From: a candidate division WOR-3 bacterium
GTDB lineage: Bacteria > Hydrothermota > UBA3072 > B12-G15
Assembly (NCBI GenBank): GCA_965649055.1
Contig: CBFGJG010000043.1
Location: 1-15,644 of the forward strand
DNA length: 15,644 nucleotides
Direction of reading: 5' to 3'
Below the pieces are notes generated by a model. It had not been told where the DNA came from. It saw nothing but the letters and a program-made list of their open reading frames with translations, and made no database searches. Below are positions 7,154 to 13,615 of the stretch, in pieces. The translations under genes were made by a program, and so were the position numbers. How positions within the stretch are numbered: the first letter of the stretch is position 1; each line of letters opens with the position of its first letter.

Positions 7154-7747
7154 CTAATGAACCCTTGCGAATGATATATCTTTCCAGTGCTTAAATATTA
7201 TTATACCAGTATTTATGACAGATAATATGATTATATTTATATCCTTCAATAAAATCAAATATAAAGAAAAGAAGATGAATGCAGGAACTATAACAAATGT
7301 GCTGTTTTCAGGTGAAAGCTCCTTTTTTAAAATCAATTTAATAAAGATAAATGTTATAAATGATATAATGGCAAGGATGAGTGACATTTTAAAGAATGAA
7401 ATACCAGTCCATACGCCAAATGAGACATCAATGCCCTTACCACCTTTAAAATGTAAGAAAGGTGAGAATGTGTGTCCTAAAACAGGTGCAATCCCTACAG
7501 GTATTATCTCCCATCCTTGAATGAAACCTGAATTAGAAAAAATAAAAACAGGTATGAATCCTTTCATAAAATCAAGTATTATTCCAATAAATCCCCAAAA
7601 AGGACCGGTGGAATGCCAGAGATTGAATGCACCTGGATTTCCATCCCTGACTTTCCTTATATCTATACCTTTTATTCTTCCAATCCAGTATGAGAACATA
7701 AGAGAGCCAGATAAGAAGGAAATAATAGATGCAAATAATAATTTCAT
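7154..7747 (-). CDS. PlsY/DUF205-family membrane acyltransferase, divergent (CruD-like)
   Basis: DIRKVRDGNPGAFN, LDFMKG, GHTFSPFLHFKGGKG and C-terminal KHWKDI; hydrophobic 197 aa. Several canonical PlsY residues are replaced, so the plsY symbol is withheld. Confidence 0.82.
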   Translation of the reverse strand: MKLLFASIISFLSGSLMFSYWIGRIKGIDIRKVRDGNPGAFNLWHSTGPFWGFIGIILDFMKGFIPVFIFSNSGFIQGWEIIPVGIAPVLGHTFSPFLHFKGGKGIDVSFGVWTGISFFKMSLILAIISFITFIFIKLILKKELSPENSTFVIVPAFIFFSLYLILLKDINIIILSVINTGIIIFKHWKDISFARVH

Positions 7748-8865
7748 TTTATTATCCTTTTAATGAATATCTCCCTTTCCTTCCAGGACACTTCACCTTT
7801 TATATAGTATCTATAAATTGAGTTTATAAAAACGATGATAAAGAAAGTCGACGGAATAAAGTGTAATACTGGAAGAATTATGCCAAAATTACCCACATAT
7901 CTTCCAATTATTAATAGTTGTGCCATGTACAATATATAGAATATTGTATTATAATTAAATTGCAGATTCTTTTGAATAATACTTGAAACAAGATAGAATC
8001 CTGTTACAAAAAGGCCTGAAAACCAGAAAAGCAAAAGTAAGAATGTGATTAAAGAAACTGAAACAGTACCTTTTGCGATATTCTTTGTAAATCCTTCGAT
8101 AAGTGTTTTTAAACCATCAGGATACATCCTGAAAGATATTGTTTTATAACCAAGAAATGTCTCTGTGGCTATCCCTTTTTCTTCAAATTTTCTTCCAATT
8201 GCAAAATCTTCAACCACGTCCGAACTTACACTTCTGTGCCCGTCTATCTTCTCGTAATCTTTTCTTTTTACCACAAGGACCGCTCCGCACATATCTCCCT
8301 TTTTAAGTAACTTTTCAAAAGGTGAAGTGAAAGTGAGACTTCCAAGGAAATTAAATATAATTGAAAGTTTCTCATAGAATTTTTCAGTATAGTGATACGG
8401 GAAAACAGAAATAACACCATTAACCTTTTCTTGCATATAAAGTAAAGTTGATATTGCATCTTGTGACAGACGGACATCAGCATCCATAAATATCAGGATA
8501 TCACCTTTTGAATGCAGATATCCATTCCATAATGCCCAGGATTTACCGGTCCAGTTTTCAGGTGGTTCTGTGTTTGTAATCAATCTCGTCTTATAATTTA
8601 ATGCAATCTCTTTTGTCCTGTCTTTTGAATTATCATCAACAACAATTATTTCATCGGGCTTTATTGTTTGATTTTTTAAAGATTCAAGAAGATGTGGTAA
8701 GCTGTGTTCTTCATTCCTTGCCGGTATAATAACTGATATCTTTTCATTTTTTTGTTTATATTTTTTACTCCTTAATAATTTCCTTGAAGAAAACAATAAA
8801 AATCCTGTAAGCCACTGTAAAGTGATTAATATTATTTTAAAGGTTATTGAATTTATGAAATTCAA
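7744..8865 (-). CDS. family 2 glycosyltransferase, CrtQ/CruC-like membrane-associated
   Basis: SVIIPARNEE, VVDDNSKDRT, PPENWTGKSWA, DxD motif (FMDADV), VEDFAIG, FRMYPDG..EGFTKN and C-terminal VSWK; N- and C-terminal TM helices. TTG start. Confidence 0.87.
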   Translation of the reverse strand: MNFINSITFKIILITLQWLTGFLLFSSRKLLRSKKYKQKNEKISVIIPARNEEHSLPHLLESLKNQTIKPDEIIVVDDNSKDRTKEIALNYKTRLITNTEPPENWTGKSWALWNGYLHSKGDILIFMDADVRLSQDAISTLLYMQEKVNGVISVFPYHYTEKFYEKLSIIFNFLGSLTFTSPFEKLLKKGDMCGAVLVVKRKDYEKIDGHRSVSSDVVEDFAIGRKFEEKGIATETFLGYKTISFRMYPDGLKTLIEGFTKNIAKGTVSVSLITFLLLLFWFSGLFVTGFYLVSSIIQKNLQFNYNTIFYILYMAQLLIIGRYVGNFGIILPVLHFIPSTFFIIVFINSIYRYYIKGEVSWKEREIFIKRIIK

Positions 8866-8867
8866 TT

Positions 8868-9752
8868 CTATACTTTCTCTTTTAATCCTTCAAGTTTCTC
8901 TAAAAAACTTTTAGGTTTAACCCTGTTTAAGTCAAAACCAAGTTCATTTACACCTATACCAAGTGCTAATCCGAGTATCTGCGGATAATAAAAAACAGGT
9001 ATTCCTATCTCAATATTTTCTATTTTCTCAATCTTCTTTTGATTTCCCTCATACATAACAGAGCAGAATGGACAATGTAGAATTAAACCATCTATACCTG
9101 AAAGTGAAAGTTCCTTCCATTTTTTCCCTGACATCTTCAATGCAACATTTTCTTCAATCCCGAGTATCCCACCGCCACAGCAATTCTTTAATGTAGTGTA
9201 GTCGATTGCTTCAGCCCCCGTAACTTCAATAAGTTTATGAAGAGAAGTTGGGTCTTCAGGATTGTCAAAATGTTCAAATACTTCTGATGGTTTTAAGAAA
9301 TGGCAGCCATAGTGTGGGGCGAATTTAAAACCATTCAAGGGCTCAATAATAAAATCTTTTATTCTGTCTACACCTATCTCCTCGTATAGAACCCTTGAGA
9401 AATGCCTTACTTCGATAGTTCCATTATAAGAAATATCACCAAGTTTTTTATTAACAACCTCTCTTAGTTCTTCATCTTCCTTTAAATGTTTGTTTACTTC
9501 TGTTAAGGTCGAGCTACATGCACTGCACAATGTTACAATGTTAAGCCCTTCTTTCTCTGCAAGTGCAAGGTTTCTTGTGCTCATAAGCAATGTTGTTTCA
9601 TAGTCAACTGCCTTCATAGGAAAACCACAGCAGATGAAATCATTTATATCAACAAGGTTTATACCTAATCTGTCTGCAACCTTCCTTGCTGAAATCTCGT
9701 AATTTAATCCTCTGACTGGGACTGTGCATCCAAGAAATAATGCGTATTTCAT
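8868..9752 (-). CDS. hdrB: heterodisulfide reductase subunit B (two CCG domains)
   Basis: MKYALFLGCT...CCGFP...CSAC and HYGCHFLKP...CCGGG...CPFC, plus PVFYYPQILGLALG. ATG at 9752 follows GAGG; the GTG at 9758 lies inside that SD. Confidence 0.93.
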   Translation of the reverse strand: MKYALFLGCTVPVRGLNYEISARKVADRLGINLVDINDFICCGFPMKAVDYETTLLMSTRNLALAEKEGLNIVTLCSACSSTLTEVNKHLKEDEELREVVNKKLGDISYNGTIEVRHFSRVLYEEIGVDRIKDFIIEPLNGFKFAPHYGCHFLKPSEVFEHFDNPEDPTSLHKLIEVTGAEAIDYTTLKNCCGGGILGIEENVALKMSGKKWKELSLSGIDGLILHCPFCSVMYEGNQKKIEKIENIEIGIPVFYYPQILGLALGIGVNELGFDLNRVKPKSFLEKLEGLKEKV

Positions 9753-9759
9753 AATCACC

Positions 9760-10254
9760 TCAACTTTTTAGTAGTTTTGTTATCCCTGTTTTGTCAAGGA
9801 TTCCTTTTATCACATTCCTTGTCTTTTCAATCTTCGGAAGTCCAAGTTTTTCTCTTTTTTTATTCTCGAGGTCTCCAACTTCATATAATGAATCATTAGT
9901 TATTAATGCCTTCATCTGTTCAATATATGATGGATGGACATAACCTTCCTTTACTGCTATATTCTTCAGTGCATTCATAAGGTCCGTTATACCTACACCC
10001 TGTGGACATCTTTCTGAACAGGTATAACAAGCCGTGCAAAGCCAGATAAAATCACTCTTTAACACTTCTTCCTTCATACCAAGAAGAACCATATGTATTA
10101 TTCTCCTTGGATTGTACCTTTCATCTATTTCCCTTACAGGGCAGCTTAAAGTGCAGGTTCCGCAGGCGAAACACTTTGTAATGTATTCACCACCGGGTGT
10201 AGATGCAACTTCAAATCTGAAATTCTGGGATAGTTTATCAAGTGATATTGGCAT
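9760..10254 (-). CDS. hdrC: heterodisulfide reductase subunit C (2x[4Fe-4S])
   Basis: CFACGTCTLSCP, NPRRII, IWLCTACYTCSERCPQGV and REKLGLP; adjacent to hdrB. AGGAGG spacing favours the second ATG (10254) over 10257. Confidence 0.92.
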   Translation of the reverse strand: MPISLDKLSQNFRFEVASTPGGEYITKCFACGTCTLSCPVREIDERYNPRRIIHMVLLGMKEEVLKSDFIWLCTACYTCSERCPQGVGITDLMNALKNIAVKEGYVHPSYIEQMKALITNDSLYEVGDLENKKREKLGLPKIEKTRNVIKGILDKTGITKLLKS

Positions 10255-10720
10255 CATTTCCTCCTGTTTCTTCTTTTATTATAAACTCTACAAATTCATC
10301 CATTTTTTCTTTAATCTCTTCACTCAGACCTTCACCAAATTTATCTATATTTTTTGCTTCAATAACATAAATCTTTATATTCCTTGGTCTTTTAAAACCC
10401 ATATCATCACAAATCTTCAACGCAGTATATAGATTTATTGAATGTGGTGAGGTGAGATGAAAAGATTTTTTAAGATTTTCAAGTGGAAGTTTATAATACC
10501 TTCCGGGATTTTCCCCGTATATTGTGTCTATAATTATAACTTCGTCATATCCTTTGATGAAGTCTATAAATTTTAAACCACTTATTGAACCTGTCTTCAC
10601 ATCAAAAGAGTCTTTAATCCTTTCTTTTAACTTTAAAGCTGCAATAATTCCTGCTCCATCATCTGATAGTATTGGATTTCCAACCCCTATAATCAGTTTT
10701 TTATCTTTTGATGACATCAA
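10238..10720 (-). CDS. [NiFe]-hydrogenase maturation endopeptidase (HycI/HyaD family)
   Basis: IIGVGNPILSDDGAG, VIIIDT, SPH and FGEGLSEEI; directly downstream of the large subunit. Start is TTG at 10720 or ATG at 10717. Confidence 0.92.
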   Translation of the reverse strand: MMSSKDKKLIIGVGNPILSDDGAGIIAALKLKERIKDSFDVKTGSISGLKFIDFIKGYDEVIIIDTIYGENPGRYYKLPLENLKKSFHLTSPHSINLYTALKICDDMGFKRPRNIKIYVIEAKNIDKFGEGLSEEIKEKMDEFVEFIIKEETGGNDANIT

Positions 10721-12173
10721 TTATTTTTCCTTCTTTATTATGAATCCTGATTTCAATAGGCATTGTTCCCGGTAGTGAATGTGTAGCACAGGAAAAACAA
10801 GGGTCATAGTTTCTGAAAGCCATTTCAACCATATTTAGTAATCCCTGGTCAGCCTTACCATCTTTAATTAATGCCTGTGCTGCTTTTTTAACAGACATAT
10901 TCATTGCAGCATAGTTAAATGCAGTTGCAACGATAAGATTTATTTCCTGTATAAATCCATCCCTATCAGCTTTATAATGATGTATCAAAGAACCCCTTGG
11001 TGCTTCAATCCCACCTATTCCTTCACCTTTATATGTTTCAGGTGTAGGAATTGTCCTTACCTTTCTATCCATTATCTCAGGGTCTTTAGATAGTTGTAAA
11101 ACCATCTCAGCAGCGTGCAATGCTTCTATAGCCCTTGCCCAATGAAAGGTCAATGTATGGTGAACGGGTTTTGTCTTAAAGAAATCAAAGAATTTTTCAT
11201 ATGCTGCCTGTGCCTTTGGTGTTGTGAATCCTTCTGAAACATTTAGCCTTCCAAGTGGTGCAGACCTCATAACCCCTGAATCTTCCCCATCAATGAACCC
11301 TTTCCAGCCTTTATCTTTAAGATAAGGGAATTTTAGATATGTCCATGGTTCAACATGTTCACCGATATGTTTTAGATAATCTTCAGGTTTAAATCTGACA
11401 ATTTCCTTACCTTGTGGATTTACAACCCTGTACTCACCTTCATAGAAATTCACCTTATTATTCTTATCAACGAGACCGATATAGTTGGTTTCATGATAAT
11501 ATATATCTTTACTCATAATTATATCAAGATATTTTTTATTTTGTAGTATGAATTTGTCAACCACATCAAGTGTGAATTCACAGAAAGAGACAAGTGATTC
11601 TGCGAGTTTTTCAATCTCGTCTCTTTCTTCTTTCTTTAGAGGATGCGATACACCACCTGGTATAGCATAAACAGGATGTGTGGATTTTCCACCAGTTATA
11701 TCTTCAATCCTGACTGCATAAGCTCTATTCTGAATAACCTGTTTACCAATATCTAAACCCACTTTTTCAATAACACCAAATACATTTCTTTTTAAAGGGT
11801 CTGCATCAGGTCCTACAATAAAATCAGGTGCTGGACCGAGTGCATAGATATGTTCAATATGTGATTCAAGATAATGTGCATAGTATCCGAGCATCCTTAA
11901 TTTTTTACCTGTTTGTGGCGGTTCAACACCATACACACCATCAGTAGCCTTTGCTGAAGCTATGTGATGTGCCCAAGGACAGACACCACAGAGCCTTGTT
12001 ACTATCTGTGGCATTTCTTCAACTGTTCTTCCTTTACAGAATTCTTCAAATCCTCTTAATTCTACAACCTGAAAATACGCATCATCAACATTACCTTTAT
12101 CATCAAGAAATATTTCTATCTTTGCGTGGCCTTCAAGCCTTGTTACCGGGTCAATTTTGAATTCTCTGGACAT
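10701..12173 (-). CDS. mvhA: [NiFe]-hydrogenase large subunit, F420-non-reducing (group 3c, MvhA-like)
   Basis: IDPVTRLEGH, ELRGFE, L1 motif RLCGVCPWAH, EAPRGSLIHHY, L2 motif DPCFSCATH followed by a cleavable C-terminal extension. AGGAGG RBS; mvhD/mvhG/hdr context. Confidence 0.93.
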   Translation of the reverse strand: MSREFKIDPVTRLEGHAKIEIFLDDKGNVDDAYFQVVELRGFEEFCKGRTVEEMPQIVTRLCGVCPWAHHIASAKATDGVYGVEPPQTGKKLRMLGYYAHYLESHIEHIYALGPAPDFIVGPDADPLKRNVFGVIEKVGLDIGKQVIQNRAYAVRIEDITGGKSTHPVYAIPGGVSHPLKKEERDEIEKLAESLVSFCEFTLDVVDKFILQNKKYLDIIMSKDIYYHETNYIGLVDKNNKVNFYEGEYRVVNPQGKEIVRFKPEDYLKHIGEHVEPWTYLKFPYLKDKGWKGFIDGEDSGVMRSAPLGRLNVSEGFTTPKAQAAYEKFFDFFKTKPVHHTLTFHWARAIEALHAAEMVLQLSKDPEIMDRKVRTIPTPETYKGEGIGGIEAPRGSLIHHYKADRDGFIQEINLIVATAFNYAAMNMSVKKAAQALIKDGKADQGLLNMVEMAFRNYDPCFSCATHSLPGTMPIEIRIHNKEGKIIDVIKR

Positions 12174-12184
12174 AAAACCTCCTG

Positions 12185-13192
12185 TTATTTTTTATCCTTA
12201 ACAACCCTTCTTAGAAGTGATTTAGGAAGAGAGTATCTATAGAATTTTCCAAGAGGGTCTTTTATATGTTCAATAAATTTCTCAATATCTTCTTCTGTTA
12301 ATTCAAGCTCTTTTTCAGATACACCGAAGATTGATGCAATTGCAGAGAGCATTGAACCACCCTGATCCATAACAGCTGCGGTTGGGCCCATACAACCTGT
12401 GCATGGCATATTAACCTTTATACATGGAGTTCCACAACCAGCCCTTGTTGCAGGTCCCATACATAGTATTCCCTGTTCGAGAAAACATTTTTCAGGGTCT
12501 GGTTCAAATTCAATGAATGTTTTAAGTTTATCAACTTTGAGATACTTCATTTTCCCAGGATTTCTTTCGCATTCCATACATAAAGTTTTTTCGCTTGCAA
12601 TCACAGAACCTTTTGGCGGGAGTTCCCTTTTCCCTTCAACCCAATCTTTTATCAGATTCAATATTTCCATATTCATTACATGGGTTGGTGGACATGCAGG
12701 AACATAATAGTCAACATCAACTATGTCGTCAAGGGAATAAACTTCATCATAAAATTCAGGTAGTGTTAATTTATGACCTTTTGGGTCTGTCCATTCTGTC
12801 TGAGGTTTTACTTTTTCAGGATTTGTTGTCGAAAATGTATCCTCATATACTGTCTTGAAAATTCTTTCTCTATCTGAAACATTTGCAAGACCGGGTATTC
12901 CACCGAGATGTGCGCAGGAACCGTATGCAATCAGAACAATGCATTTTTTTCTCATCAATTTTGCAAATTCTTCGTTGTCTGAATTTCTTATTGCACCATG
13001 GTATAAACCAAGTGTTATAGATTTGTCAGGCATTTTTTCAAGGTCTTCGTATTTAACATCTATAAGTGTTGGTGAAAAAACAATATCTGCTATTTGGAGT
13101 AATTCAAATAGTTTCTCTGAAAAATTAACAACTGCAATATCACATCCAACACAACTTGCACCTCTTTTTAATGCTATTGAAATCTTTCCCAT
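12185..13192 (-). CDS. mvhG: [NiFe]-hydrogenase small subunit (MvhG-like)
   Basis: SCVGC, YGSCAHLGGIPGLAN, PACPP, LCMECER and CFLEQGILCMGPATRAGCGTPC...PCTGCMGP. No Tat signal, so cytoplasmic. Confidence 0.92.
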   Translation of the reverse strand: MGKISIALKRGASCVGCDIAVVNFSEKLFELLQIADIVFSPTLIDVKYEDLEKMPDKSITLGLYHGAIRNSDNEEFAKLMRKKCIVLIAYGSCAHLGGIPGLANVSDRERIFKTVYEDTFSTTNPEKVKPQTEWTDPKGHKLTLPEFYDEVYSLDDIVDVDYYVPACPPTHVMNMEILNLIKDWVEGKRELPPKGSVIASEKTLCMECERNPGKMKYLKVDKLKTFIEFEPDPEKCFLEQGILCMGPATRAGCGTPCIKVNMPCTGCMGPTAAVMDQGGSMLSAIASIFGVSEKELELTEEDIEKFIEHIKDPLGKFYRYSLPKSLLRRVVKDKK

Positions 13193-13195
13193 TTT

Positions 13196-13615
13196 TTACT
13201 CCTTTCTGTAAGGACTTGGACCAAGCTCCTTTATCTGATTGACGAACTCGGTCACCACCTGTGAAAATTTCTGTCCTTCTCCTGCTGAAACCCACTCAAG
13301 TTTAAACCTTTTTGGATTCAATCCAAATTGATTTAATAATAATTTCAATAATGCCATCCTTCTTCTCGTTCTGTAATTCCCACCGATATAATGGCAGTCA
13401 CCAGGATGACAACCTGCAACCATTACACCATCTGCACCATTCTTGAATGCATAGAGTATAAATTCAGGGTCAACCCTTGCAGAACACATTGTTCTTATCT
13501 GCCTGAAATCCACAGGCATCTGGAATCTTGAAACACCTGCTAAATCAGCGCCTGCATAGGCACACCAGTTGCAGGTAAAGATTAAAATCTTCAGTTTCTT
13601 TCCATTTTCCTCCAT
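13196..13615 (-). CDS. mvhD: hydrogenase iron-sulfur subunit D ([2Fe-2S], MvhD/FlpD family)
   Basis: FTCNWCAYAGADLAG, MCSARVDP, GADGVMVAGCHPGDCHY.GGN and WVSAGEG. TAATG overlap with the hdrA stop. Confidence 0.94.
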   Translation of the reverse strand: MEENGKKLKILIFTCNWCAYAGADLAGVSRFQMPVDFRQIRTMCSARVDPEFILYAFKNGADGVMVAGCHPGDCHYIGGNYRTRRRMALLKLLLNQFGLNPKRFKLEWVSAGEGQKFSQVVTEFVNQIKELGPSPYRKE

